A program made the translations under genes and the position numbers. Below the pieces are notes generated by a model. It was given only the letters and a program-made list of their open reading frames with translations, searched no databases and was not told where the DNA came from. From Mytilus trossulus (taxonomy: Eukaryota), in assembly GCF_036588685.1 (NCBI RefSeq), contig NC_086382.1, positions 56,296,001 through 56,360,000 of the forward strand: a DNA stretch of 64,000 nt, given 5' to 3'. This document shows positions 26,185 to 39,544 of the stretch, piece after piece (the stretch's first letter is position 1; each line of letters begins with the position of its first letter).

Positions 26185-27339
26185 AAACCAACGGTCTAAT
26201 CTATATAAACAAAACGAGAAACGAGAAACACGTATATATTACATAAACAAACGACAACTACTGTACATCATGTTCATTTAATGCTAAATAATTTTGTTGG
26301 AAATTTTTGTTTCTAAATGCCAAAAAAATGGACAAGACTCTTGTTTTCCATTTAGATACTGCCAGAAATTTTGTTTAAGGCAAGAATCAAAGTCAAATTT
26401 GTTTTCTCTCAACTTATCTCAGACTGCCTCCTCGAATCAAATGGTTCGTACCTGAGACTTTTAAAAATCTTTCTAGAGGATCTACTGACTGTGCATCATT
26501 ATTCAACTTTGTTATTTATAAAATAGGCTGGGACATTTGGGGTTAAACATGTTTTCGTAGGTAAATAGTATTGTGGAACATTTTTTTCATGAGAGTGTAA
26601 TAGTCTAGAGTATTTACTTTTACATAGAAAATCACGTGACTTTGACAATCAGTAAATACCAGCGAAAAATATCTTAAATTAATAAGTAAATATAAAAAAG
26701 AAGATGTGGTATGATTGCCAATGAGACAACTATCCACAAAAGACCAAAATGACACAAACATTAACAATTATAGGTCACCGTACGGCCTTCAACAATGAGC
26801 AAAGCCCATACCGCATATAGTCAGCTATAAAAGGCCCCGATAAGACAATGTAAAACAATTCAAACGAGAAAACTAACGGCCTTAATTATGTAAAAAAAAA
26901 ATGAAAGAATTGTTGCCACGGTATAAAAATTTACGGGAAATGGCAAAGTTCACGAAGTCTAGTCTGAAAAATCATTAAATTATTTTTACAAACAAACAAA
27001 AAAGTCCGAGCAAAGGGGTACGCCCTCTACACCCCCTCTGAATCCGCCACTGCCTTACTATTATTAAATACATATATATATAAACGGATCCAGCCACATT
27101 AAAAAATGGGGGGTCTAACCCAGGACAAAGGGGGGTTCCAACTATATGTCCCCATTCAAATGCCTTGATCGGCCAAAAAAAAAACAACAACCCCCGGACC
27201 CTACTGGATCCGCCAATGTATTCATACACATCCTTGTTCGTCCCAACATAACAATGTTTGTCTCAGTTTGAATGTATTTACGCTAGTTTCTTTCCCCTAT
27301 TTATTAGTCAGTTACACGCAGGGAAATAACCCATCCAGC

Positions 27340-28329
27340 ATGGGTTTAGTCTTTGACCAAGCAGAGTGTTTACTCTTACCAAGTGTAGCGGCAACATTAA
27401 CATTGGGCAAGTTTCTTGATAAAAACTCCGAACTTTTTACTAAATTAGAAAATGAAACTAATGTAAGCATTTTAAAAAGAAATACGGAAAGCGGAGTGAA
27501 CTATGTTTTTTCCGGAAGGTTTGCCGATTTGACTGTTGCTAATACAATAATCGTCAATTTCATTGAGGACTTAAGGACAAAAATAAACGAAGTACACACC
27601 GCTTTGCTCTCTGATGGTAGGAATGGATCTGCTAGAAATAGTCTATGCGGTACACATACACAGTTATTAAAAGAGGAACCAGGAACAGAAAATATGACCA
27701 GAGCTAACATCCAGACTTTAACAGAAGAGAACGTCCATACAGAGAGCACAGAAAATGTCCAAATAGAAAATAACGAGCACACAGAAAACGTTCAGATTGA
27801 GAACACAGAGAACGTTCAGATTGAGAACACTGAAAACGTTCAGATTGAGAACACAGAAAACGTTCAATTTGAGAACACAGACAACGTTCAGATTGAGAAG
27901 ACAGAGAACGTTCATATTGAGAACACAGAAAACGTTCAGATTGAGAACACAGACAACGTTCAGATTGAGAACACAGAGAACGTTCATATTAAGAACACAG
28001 AAAACGTTCAGATTGAGAACACCGAAAACGTGCAGATTGAGAACACAGAGAACTTTCAAATTGAGAACAATTGTTACCACCAAGGTAAAAAGAAAAATAT
28101 AGAAATGGAGAAAATCTGCAGAAAAAAAAGAAAAATGTCAGAAGACATCATTGTAGAAGATAAGGAATGTACAGAGACATTTAAGTGCAGTCTGTGTCAG
28201 GATCAATGTTTTAAGGATAAGTTAAATCTTCGTTATCATATGTATTGGAGACACAACATTCCACGAAAAGAAAGTTTTTTTGATTTAATATATATAGAGC
28301 ATGTAGAGTATAAACATGAACTAATTTAG
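27340..28329 (+). CDS. Uncharacterised protein with ENTENVQI octapeptide repeats, a basic NLS-like patch and one C2H2 zinc finger
   Basis: Open frame of ~330 codons from ATG 27340; 24-bp repeats at ~27725-28070; CSLCQDQCFKDKLNLRYHMYWRH; RKKRK. Confidence 0.55.
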   Translation: MGLVFDQAECLLLPSVAATLTLGKFLDKNSELFTKLENETNVSILKRNTESGVNYVFSGRFADLTVANTIIVNFIEDLRTKINEVHTALLSDGRNGSARNSLCGTHTQLLKEEPGTENMTRANIQTLTEENVHTESTENVQIENNEHTENVQIENTENVQIENTENVQIENTENVQFENTDNVQIEKTENVHIENTENVQIENTDNVQIENTENVHIKNTENVQIENTENVQIENTENFQIENNCYHQGKKKNIEMEKICRKKRKMSEDIIVEDKECTETFKCSLCQDQCFKDKLNLRYHMYWRHNIPRKESFFDLIYIEHVEYKHELI

Positions 28330-28519
28330 TGAGTCCAACTGGCCAGTATCCTAAAATTGACATGCTTAAGTTTAAAAGATTGAATTACCTAACAGGCAGG
28401 TTGAACTTGGGTTGAGCTTGTCCTCTATCATGTCTATGAAAAAAAATCCATCTTGCCCTACTGAGTTGTGATATTTCAATTTGTGTTACATGTAATTTGT
28501 CATCAATGACTGGCCCTTA

Positions 28520-29100
28520 ATGAGATAATCTCGTTAAGGGCAATTTAATCTTATTAAGGGCAATTCAATATAATTAAGGGCAAGTTTATCTCATTGAAGG
28601 CAATTCATTCTGATTGAGGGTAAGTTATCACATTTAGGGCAAGTTACTTTGATTGAGGGAAAGTTATCTCATTCAGGGCAAGTTAATCTGATTGATAGTT
28701 ACAGTATATAATTAATCTAAATATTAATCGATTGTTATATGCATGTTTTGCCAAAATCCTGGGCTTAAGTGGGCGTAAACAACTGACCAAGATATTTACT
28801 TGTCCTCAATGAGATGACTTGCCTTCAATTCTATTAACTTGCCCTCAATGAGATGACTTGCCTTCAATACTATTAACTTACCCTCAATGAGATGACTTGC
28901 CTTCAATACTATTAACTTACTCTCAATGAGATGACTTGCCTCCAATACTATTAACTTACCCTCAATGAGATGACTTGCCTTCAATACTATTAACTTACCC
29001 TCAATGAGATAAATTTGCCTCTCCAAATGCTTTTAAAAATAGCAAAAGTTAGTCAGATTACTATTAAGTGGGCAAGTCCATGTCAAGTTCAACTTGCCCT
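28520..29100. repeat. Inverted arrangement of ~20-bp GAGGGCAAGTT repeats and a 39-bp tandem array (28797-29020)
   Basis: agggcaagtt units at 28520-28690; cctcaatgagatgacttgccttcaatactattaacttac about 5.5 times in the opposite orientation. Confidence 0.75.
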
Positions 29101-29359
29101 GAATATACAATCTGCTTAATGAACATCTGATCTCTAGCCCAGGCACTCTGTATATATACAAAAATAGAAATTGGGTTTTGTCAAACAAACATTTTGTACA
29201 AATGTTGAATTTTAGTTTACCAGTGGTCATAAAAAAACATTTTTTGATTTTAATAAAAAAAATTATGAGATATATAGATAGATTCTCCTGTTTATCATTT
29301 TAATAAGAAAAGCTGTCAGCATGATATTACTTTTTTTTATCAATAAATAATCAGAAGAA

Positions 29360-32300
29360 TAGCAATCCAATGACACACCGCAATTCAAGTAGTGTTAACA
29401 TGGTTAATGATACTGCTACCCAACTACCTACAACAACATCATATAAAGGATTCACTGTGATAGCTACCCAATGACACATAAAGTAGTATGTCGTTAATGA
29501 GATAACTATCCAATGACAAATAGTATTGTTGTTAAAGAGATATAACTACCCAATGACAAATAAAGTGTTATGTTGTTCATGAGATAACTACCCATTAACA
29601 CAAAGTGTTATCTTGTTCATGAGCTCAAAAAGTGTTATGTAGATTAATGAGATAACTACCCAATGACACATAAAGTATTATGTTGTTAATGAGATAACTA
29701 CCCTATGACAATGATACATATAGTATTTTGGTGTTAATAAGATAACTACACAATGACAAATGGTATTGTTGTTAAAGAGATATAACTACCCAATGACAAA
29801 TAAAGTGTTATGTTGTTCATGAGATAACTACCCATTAACACAAAGTGTTATCTTGTTCATGAGATAACTACCCAATGACACATACAGTGTTATGTAGATT
29901 AATGAGATAACTACCCAATGACACATAAAGTATTATGTTGTTAATGAGATAACTACCCTATGACAATGATACATATAGTATTGTGGTGTTAATGAGATAA
30001 GTACCCAATGACACATAAAGTGTTATGTTGTTAATGAGATAACTACCCAATGACACATACAGTGTTATGTTGTTAATGAAATAACTACCCAATGACACAT
30101 AGTATTGTGTTGTTAATGAGATAACTACCCAATGAAAATCAAAATTTTATGTTGTTAATAAGATAACTACACAATGACACATAAAGTGTTATGTTGTTAA
30201 TGAGATAACTACCCAATGACACATAGTAGTGTGTTGTTAATGAGATAACTACCCAATGACAAATACCGTGTTATGTTGTTAATGAGATAACTACCCAATG
30301 ACACATACAGTGTTATGTTGTTAATAAGATAACTACCAAATGACTCCTAGTATAATGTTGATAATGAGATAACTACCCAATGACACAAAGTGTTTTGTTG
30401 GTAATGAGATAATTATCCAATGACACATAAAGTATTATGTTGTTAATAAGATAACTACCCAATGACAAATACAGTGTCATGTTGTTAATGAGATAACTAC
30501 CCAATGACACATACAGTGGTATGTTGTTAATAAGATAACTACCCAATGACTCGATAGTATGCTGATAATGAGATAACTACCCAATGACACATGTGTTATG
30601 TTGTAAATGAGATAACTACCCAATAACACATAAAGTGTTATGTAGTTAATGAGATAACTACCCAATGACAAATACAGTGTTATGTTGTTAATGAAATAAC
30701 AACACAATGACACATAGTATTATGTTGATAATGAGATAACTACCCAATGACACAAAGTGTTTTGTTGTTAATGAGATAACTATCCAATGACACATAAAGT
30801 GTTATGTTGTTAATGAGATAACTACCCAATGACTCATAGTATTATGTTGTTAATGAGATAACTATCCAATGACACATAGTATTATGTTGTTAATGAGATA
30901 ACTACTCATTGACACATAGAGTATTTTTCATTAATGAGATTACTACCAAAGACAAATAAAGTATTATGTTGTTTATGCGAACTATCCAATGACACATAAA
31001 GTAGTATGTTGTTAATGTGAAAACTACCCAATGACAAAAAGTGTTATGTTGTTAATGAGATAACTACCCAATGACACACAAATTGTTATGTTCTTAATGA
31101 GATAACTAACCAATGACAAAAAGTATGTTGGTGTTAATGAGATAACTACCCAATGACACATATTATTGTTGTTAATAAGATATAACTACCCAATGACAAA
31201 TAAAGTGTTATGTTGTTCATGAGATAACTACCCGTTAACACAAAGTGTTATCTTGTTCATGAGATAACTACCCAATGACACAAAAAGTGTTATGTTTATT
31301 AATGAGATAACTACCCAATGACACATAAAGTATTATGTTGTTAATGAGATAACTACCCAATGACACATACTATTATGTTGTTAATAAGATAACTACCCAA
31401 TGCCACATAATATTATGTTGTTAATAAGATAAGTACCCAATGATCAAAGTGGCATGTTATTAATTAGATAAGCACCCAATGACAAATTTGATTATGTTGT
31501 TAATTAGAACACAGAACTATGTAGAGTGGTTAATGAAACATCCACCCAATGACACACAGACAACTTCAGATGTGTCAATTATACAGCTACCCAATGACAC
31601 ACAGACAACTCTAGAGTCGTTTATGATATAGCCACCCAATGACAAACCGAAAAACTAGAGGAGATAATGACACAGCTACCAAATAATAAAGTGAAAACTC
31701 TAGAGGGGATAATGACACAGCTACCCAACAACACATATAAAACTGTAGAGGTGACAGTGAAACCGCTTCCCAATGACGCACAGAAAACTAGAGGTAAAAA
31801 TGACACAGCTACCCAATAACACGTAGAACACTCTTAGAGGTGAAAATGGCGTAGCAAATTAAACCAATGGCACACAGACCAAAAAAAGGTGTAAATGACA
31901 CAGCTATCCAATGACCGACATAAAACTGTAGAGAGGTTAATGAAACCGCCACCCAATGACACACAGACACCTCCAGATGTGTTAATTATACAGCTACCCA
32001 AAGACACAAAGAAAACTGTAGAGGTGACAATGACACCGCTTCCCAATTAGAAAACTCTTAGAGGTGAAAATGACGTAGAAAACCAATGACACACATACCA
32101 ATCTAAAGGTGTAAATGACACAGCTACCCAACGACACACAGAAAACTCTAAATGTGATAATGACACACCTACCCAATGACACACATACAAATGTAAAGTG
32201 GTTAATGAAACAGGCATCCAATGACACACAGACAGCTCCAGATGTGTTAATTATACAGCTAACCAAAAACACACTGAAAACTCTAGAGGTGTTAATGATA

Positions 32301-33100
32301 TAGCCACCTAATAACAAACAGAAACACTAGAAGTGATAATGACGCAGCTACCAAGTGACACATAGAAAACTCTAGAGGTGAATTAACACAGCTACTCAAT
32401 GACATACAGACAAATCTAGAGGTGTTAATGACACAGGCACACAACGACACACAAAACACTCTGGAGTTGATAATGACGCGCCTGCCCAAGACACACACAG
32501 ACAACTTCAGATGTGTTAATTCTACAGCTACCTAATGCCACACAGAAAACTCCAGAGGTGTTAGTGATATAGCCACCCAATGACACAGAGAAAACTTTAG
32601 AGTTTTTAATGAAACAGCTATCCACTGACCTAGAGAAAAGTCTATAGAGGTTTTAATATATGATATAGCTACCCAATGACACATAGAAAATTCTAGAGGT
32701 TTTAATTAGGCAGCTTCCAAACGACCCATAGAGCTACCCAACGAAACACAGAAAACTCTAGAGGTGATAATGACACAACTACCCAATGACACACAGAAAA
32801 CTGTAGAGTGGTTAATGAAACAGCTACCCAATGACACAGGCAACTTCAGATGGGATAATTATAAAGCTACCCAATGACACATTAAAAACTCTAGAGGTGT
32901 TAATGATATAGCCACCTAACGAGTAACGACACACAGAAAACTTTAGTGTCAACGAAACAGCTACCCACTGACACACAGAAAACTTTACAGTTGTTAACTT
33001 ATGATATAGCTACCCAATCACACAGAGAAAGCTCTGGATGTGTTACTGATATAGTACCCAATGACACAGAGAAAACTCTAGAGGTGACAATAAAACAGCC
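29360..33100. repeat. Satellite array, ~40-44-bp monomer with core CTACCCAATGACAC, in two sub-domains
   Basis: Type A GAGATAACTACCCAATGACACATAAAGTGTTATGTTGTTAAT (~29460-31500); type B GACACAGCTACCCAATGACACACAGAAAACTCTAGAGGTGTTAAT (~31510-33100). Confidence 0.95.
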
Positions 33101-33670
33101 ACCTGAATAAATGGAGTGCTATTTATGATCATAAAACTGTAAAGAAGAGAATAATGTGCAAAGTGTATAAAAATTGGCTTAAAATAGGAGACAACTGCTT
33201 AAGCATCTACATACTAGTAATGTACGACCCTGGGAAGCAGGTAAGGCAATGAATCTCACCCCAATATACATGCATTTCCGGCTTAATTCGAAGTCACACC
33301 GTTGATATATATATACATGTATAGCTTCATATAAATGCATGAGTGGGGAACAGAGACATTAAATATTTTGAAGATGTAAAAGACCAAGAATGACTAGTTC
33401 TAGTAAATACTGATAAGACTAATGTAGAATAACTTTCATCCTGTTGTTGAAGGCCACACAGTGGCATATATTGCTTACATCGACGGTATTTGGTCTCTTG
33501 AGATCTCGGGTGAATACTTCTTATTTTTATGATTATAAAGGGAGTCTTGAGACCTAAGCAACTATAATCATGTGAAATAAAAATTATTAGATTAAATTGC
33601 AACATCTATGCTTTTCCAATGATAATAATAAAATACAGGAGATCGATATTTTTAAAGTCGACTCGTATAA

Positions 33671-33898
33671 GGGACGACATCAAAAGATCGATGTAGGATA
33701 AAAAAAAAACTTAAATCAAATAGTTTGGGGGTGGGGGTCAGCATTGCTGCAAGTTTTGTTAATCTAAAATCGATTTTACATATATCTCTATTGGTCAATC
33801 AATTTTTTCCAAATTAAGTTAAGAGGGGTGTGTGGGGGTCAGTGAAAAAACTACGTAAATTAAGTTTTTATCCTTCATTGAACTCTTGATGTTGTCCC
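33671..33898. mobile_element. PIF/Harbinger (Tourist-like) MITE
   Basis: TIR gggacgacatcaaaag / cttgatgttgtccc, with a TAA TSD on both sides. Confidence 0.75.
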
Positions 33899-36419
33899 TA
33901 AATTATATATGAATGATGTTAATGGGAAAAGGGAGATAACCACATTATTTTTTTTTTACTGTTGTCATGATATCTTTTTAAAACAATAATTTAACCCTTA
34001 GTAAACTTCAATATATATTTTAGAATAATACAAGCTTCAAATCGTAAATATAAACAGAATGAATGGTTTTCAAGATACACAGCTTTTGCCCAAGAAGACA
34101 GTGTTCAAATCTGAGACTTTAAGTTAGATTGATTTCTACATAAATAAGTGACTTAAATGCCGAGCTGTGTAATCATAAGAAAGAAGTTTGTGTCAAAATC
34201 CTGATTAACTATATAATATATTACAATTTACATGCACATGCACATACACACAACAAACGTATATAAGTAAATTTTATATGATGCAATAATTTTGAATGGT
34301 AGTGTTATTTCTTATTATCCCACTCTATTTAACACGATCGTTAATTTTCTTGATTAAACACAATTTCGATCTTGATCGATTCTATAATTATAATATGTGG
34401 CAACTGAGGAAAAAAATGTTTAAAATTATATGACATATGTGTGGGGATGAACTGACGGGACTGGTTCCAAAAAGAATACCATGTATTCCTTACAAAACAA
34501 CTTGTTTATTTTCACGCTTTGATTACAATTCAACAAAGGACATCATCACCCGTGTCCGTCATGTAATTTACCTAATTGATAGGTGATGGTCAAACCTCTT
34601 ATAGTCACTCAAAATGACCAGATAACTGTCATTGTAATCATGGACATGTTTTCACACCCAATCGTTCTGTCCTGCTTTAGGGAAAATAGACCGCAAGAGT
34701 CATGTATCTGAAGTAATTAAAATAAATAATTATTTAAGATGAAATCTATGATAGAAATCTACACTTTGTAATAGTCGTTCCTTGGAGACAAACAGTTTCC
34801 TGTCGAGGAACAAAAGGATCAACACTTTAGATCAGATTGTCCGCCACGATAATGTAAGGATTTGTTTTGAGAAAAAAGAACGGAAATATTATTGCCAATA
34901 TTTAATTCTATATTTTTAAATTAAAATGTCAGCGTATGTTATGATTCTTGCAAGATGTTTCTGTTCTGATGTGGTTTACCAACCTACTCCGTCGCCAGAT
35001 TTGATATAGGTTTACAATAATAAAAGGTGTGAAATTAGACTCAACAGATATTTATAAATCGTTTTTAAATTAAAGAAGAAAAATAAATGTTTTTGTATAT
35101 GAAATTTGAAATTTTGTGATCTCGCACACATGTTTTTTGTAAATATTTCTTTTACTCCTAATATTGCATAAACCTTCCACATAATAAATTAGTTTTACAA
35201 TATTAATTTTTGGGGCCCTTTATAACCTGCTTTTTGATGTTAGGTAAGGCTCCGTATTGAAGGACGTATGAATTTACCTATAATGGTTTACTTTAATTGT
35301 TTTTACAAATAGTGACCTGGATCGAGACAATGGTAATTATTTATCAAATTTTTCTCAGCAAAAACGTATCAAATTTGTTTGATCGGTTCTGAAAACTACT
35401 TTGCTGTAAATAATATCAAGGGATGTATTTGCAGAATTGTTTGAAAAATTATAAAAACTGCAAAAATATGACAAAAGATAACAAAATTTTTATCTATAAC
35501 GGGAAAGGGGGGCCGGGGTATATATTATACACTGCTTGCAGCATTAGTTCTGTCATATTATATTTTAGTTTAAAACACTGAAACAATCACAAGTTCCAAA
35601 AAATATTGATTTCAGACAGTATCATTTTGATAGAGACTGGTTTTATATCTACACTTTTTCCAAAACGAAAAAAAACAATCCAATTTGATATAATGGTGCT
35701 CGTCCGATCGGTGGAGATATAATTTTTATTTTCATACCCAAAACGATTTTATTAAAAATAACAAAAAAGGAAAAAATAAAATATATCATTAATAATCTTA
35801 AATGATGAAGATAATGATAACACAACTTATAAAAAATGAATTTGATAAATCGTTGTGTTGCAGTATGTAGATATAAGAAGATGTCGGGTATGAGTGCCAA
35901 TGAGACAACTCTCTCATATTAGTCACAATTCGTAAACGTAAACCATTACAGGTCAAGGTACGGCCTTCAACACGGAGCCTTGGCTCACACCGAACAGCAA
36001 GCTATAAAGGGCCCTAAAATTATTAAAGTAAAACCATTAAGTAGATTCTTTTTTTTTTCACTTAAAAAATACATTAGGAACATATAGGGCGAAATTTCCA
36101 TTAGGAAAACAGTCCTTAAAAACCCTACAGAAGAAGAAGAATGTAAAACCATTCAAACGGGAAAACAACGGTCTTATCTATATAAAAACGAGAAACGAGA
36201 ACACGTATGAACTACATAAACAAACGACAACTACTGTACATCAGATTCCTGACTTAGGACAGGTGCACACATTTGCATCGGGATTAAACGTTTTAATGAC
36301 ACCAAACCTTCTCCCTTTTCTGAAACAATACTATAACATCACAACATAGAAAAAACCACTATAAAATATCAATTGGAAGGCTTAACTCAATAAACAAAAC
36401 GCAAAATAACATATTAGGA

Positions 36420-37560
36420 CCAAATAAAATTGAGAAAGGAAATGGTGAATATGTCAAAGCGACAACCACCCGATCATAGAGCAAATAACAGCCGAAGGCA
36501 ACCAATGGGTCTTCAATGTAGCGAGAATTCCCGCACCCGTAGGTGTCCTTCAGCTGGCCCCTAAAATATGCATAATAGTACAGTGATAATGGACGTCATA
36601 CTAAACTCCGAATTATACACAAGAAACTAAAATTTAAAATCATACAAGACTAACAAAGGCCAGAGGCTCCTGACTTGGGACAGGCGCAAAATTGCGGCGG
36701 GGTTAAACATGTTTATGAGATCTCAACCCTCCCCCTATACCTCTAGCCAATGTAGAAAAGTAAAAGAATAACAATACGCACATTAAAATTCAGTTCAAGA
36801 GAAGTCTGAGTCCGATGTCAAAAGATGTAACAAAAGAAAATAAATAAAATGACAATAATACATAAATAACAACAGACTACTAGCAGTTAACTGACATGCC
36901 AGCTCCAGACCTCAATTAAACTGATTGAAAGATTATGTCTTCATCATATGAATATCAGGTACAATCCCTCCCGTTAGGGGTTTAGTATCATACTATCATA
37001 AAATATATGAGAAGAACATAACCCGTGTCATGCCAACAACTGTTTTTTTTAGAAATAAATGTGTTTAGTTCCGATGCAAAGACCCTATCAGTGAATCAAT
37101 GTTAAAGCCAAAATATGCAATCTTTAATGACCTGACAACAGTATCGTAACTATATCCCCTTTTAATAAGTCTATTTAAAGGTTTTGTCAGTTTCTGAGGA
37201 GAATACTTACATTTTTGTGCTTTATAAAGAATATTTCCATAAAATTTTGGATGTGAAATACCTGAACGTATAAGATGTCTGCATGTTGAGTAATATTTAC
37301 GAATTATTTCCTTATACCGGTGATAAAATTTAGTAAATGTTTTGACCAGTTTGTGATATCGAAAACCCTGGTGTAATAATTTTTCAGTCATACATAAATT
37401 TCTCTCGCTAAAATCTAATACGTTGTTACATACACGAGCGAATCGTACAAGTTGAGATATATAAACACCATAAGATGGTGACAAGGGAACGTCACCATCT
37501 AAAAATGGATAATTAACAATAGGAAATGAAAAATCATCTCTTTTATCATAAATTTTTGTG
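36420..37560 (-). mobile_element. 5'-truncated Penelope-like element (Naiad/Chlamys-type; no C-terminal GIY-YIG) with 3' UTR
   Basis: TKIYDKRDDFSFPIVNYPFLDGDVPLSPSYGVYISQLVRFARVC is a PLE RT/thumb motif; the ORF stops at 37065 with no endonuclease domain. Confidence 0.75.
36939..37014 (-). promoter_or_regulatory. SECIS-like (form 2) stem-loop in the PLE 3' UTR
   Basis: CTTCTCATAT-atttt-ATGAT-AGTATGATACT-AAA-CCC-ctaac-GGG-a-GGGATTGTACC-TGAT-attc-ATATGAtGAAG: helix I, UGA/GA core, 11-bp helix II, AAA bulge and apical ministem. Confidence 0.7.
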
Positions 37561-38389
37561 TATGTAATCTGATGAAATAAAGAATTATTATTATTTTTCT
37601 GTTTTACACAAATCATAATTAGAAAAAAGTACATGACTTTGTATACAGTGTAAAAAGTGTAAAACGACAAGTATCTGAACCATCCATACCCAAAGAACGA
37701 TCGAACATGTGTTTATTTCTATCTAATTAATGATCTGCAGAAAAACAAGCAAATATCTTCCAAACAATCTCTGTTTTCTCGGAGTTCAGTATTTTTGTGA
37801 TTTTACCTTTTTTTTACACTTTTTTTCCTGTTATTTTGTCCTTTATAAATTGCGAATTTTGAACACGGTCATTTCTCCGGAATACGGGTCTTACTGTTTT
37901 AGAAATATAACCATAAGACGATAATCCATATCTAGTATATTATAAAACTGACCGTTGGTTTTAAAATAAAGCTTAAGCAGCTTTCACTGCATATCTTATA
38001 AAAATATACAAAATATAACTGGATAGAAATTGTTTTAAAACAAAATGAATTAAATCTGGAAAATTACTTTTTCAGAGGGAATTTAAAGATACAAATATTT
38101 TTTTCTCTTATCAATAAATTAGAGAAGAAATGTGTAGTGGGTAACTTTTCCCCTGGTTGACCAGGGTTTCTTTTCTGCTTAATTTCGTCTGTAGTAATTA
38201 TGTATTTGTTTATTGAGGAAACTGTCCTTTTACACAAGAGTTCGACATAACAATGATATATCTCTGCACTTAAATTTATAAAAGTATAATGAAGGAATTT
38301 AAATGTCCATGTTCGATATACAAAGAAATATAAAAAGTTAGAAAAATTGGAAATAGTTATCATTTAGGTACCAGAATTATAATTTAGTA

Positions 38390-38431
38390 CGCCAGACGCG
38401 CGCTTCGTCTAGATAAGACTCATCAGTGACG
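38390..38431 (-). ncRNA. Minimal type I hammerhead ribozyme motif with a mutated core (GAAA>GAAG)
   Basis: CGTCA-CTGATGA-GTCTtatctAGAC-GAAG-CGCGCG-TC-TGGCG. Confidence 0.7.
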
Positions 38432-39502
38432 ATCAAATCAAAATATGTATAAAGACAAAAAAGTACAAAGTTGAATAGCAATTGAGGATCCAAAATTCCA
38501 AAAAAAATTGCCAAATTTTATGCCTGGGATAACAAAATCCTAAAACTATAAACAGAAGATTGAGATTTTAATCTTATGTACCTTTGTAGATTTAATATAT
38601 ATGTTTTCTTATATCAGGAATATGTTTAAAATGAATATAATGTTTTATTTTTTCAATGTTGTGTGTTCAAAGCACTTTCTCTTTGATATCGTCTATATCT
38701 AATTTTATATTTTTTTTCGGCATTCAAAAACTATGAAAAATCTGCAACATCCAATAAACAATTAATCAATCAAAACGTGTATTTGATATTCACGAAAATC
38801 TGGGAAAGAACGATCGAACATGTGTTTATTTCTATCTAATTAATGATCTGCAGAAAAACAAGCAAATATCTTCCAAACAATCTCTGTTTTCTCGGAGTTC
38901 AGTATTTTTGTGATTTTACCTTTTTTTTACACTTTTTTTCCTGTTATTTTGTCCTTTATAAATTGCGAATTTTGAACACGGTCATTTCTCCGGAATACGG
39001 GTCTTACTGTTTTAGAAATATAACCATAAGACGATAATCCATATCTAGTATATTATAAAACTGACCGTTGGTTTTAAAATAAAGCTTAAGCAGCTTTCAC
39101 TGCATATCTTATAAAAATATACAAAATATAACTGGATAGAAATTGTTTTAAAACAAAATGAATTAAATCTGGAAAATTACTTTTTCAGAGGGAATTTAAA
39201 GATACAAATATTTTTTTCTCTTATCAATAAATTAGAGAAGAAATGTGTAGTGGGTAACTTTTCCCCTGGTTGACCAGGGTTTCTTTTCTGCTTAATTTCG
39301 TCTGTAGTAATTATGTATTTGTTTATTGAGGAAACTGTCCTTTTACACAAGAGTTCGACATAACAATGATATATCTCTGCACTTAAATTTATAAAAGTAT
39401 AATGAAGGAATTTAAATGTCCATGTTCGATATACAAAGAAATATAAAAAGTTAGAAAAATTGGAAATAGTTATCATTTAGGTACCAGAATTATAATTTAG
39501 TA

Positions 39503-39544
39503 CGCCAGACGCGCGCTTCGTCTAGATAAGACTCATCAGTGACG
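39503..39544 (-). ncRNA. Duplicate of the 38390 hammerhead motif
   Basis: Lies in the second unit of the 1,113-bp duplication. Confidence 0.7.

Noticed and set aside
27501-28102. Alternative-frame and antisense ORFs over the 24-bp repeat
   Set aside because: They are open only because the repeat lacks stops in those frames.
29360-33100. CRISPR-like periodicity and several short ORFs
   Set aside because: Inter-core segments are homologous rather than unique spacers, there are no cas genes and the context is eukaryotic; the ORFs are satellite by-products.
37561-37670. N-terminal part of the 201-aa ORF as part of the PLE protein
   Set aside because: Homology begins at TKIYDKR; the upstream residues are flanking DNA fused by chance after 5' truncation.
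37730-39476. Duplicated 64-aa and 99-aa ORFs
   Set aside because: Low-complexity AT-rich translations; they are identical only because of the tandem duplication.
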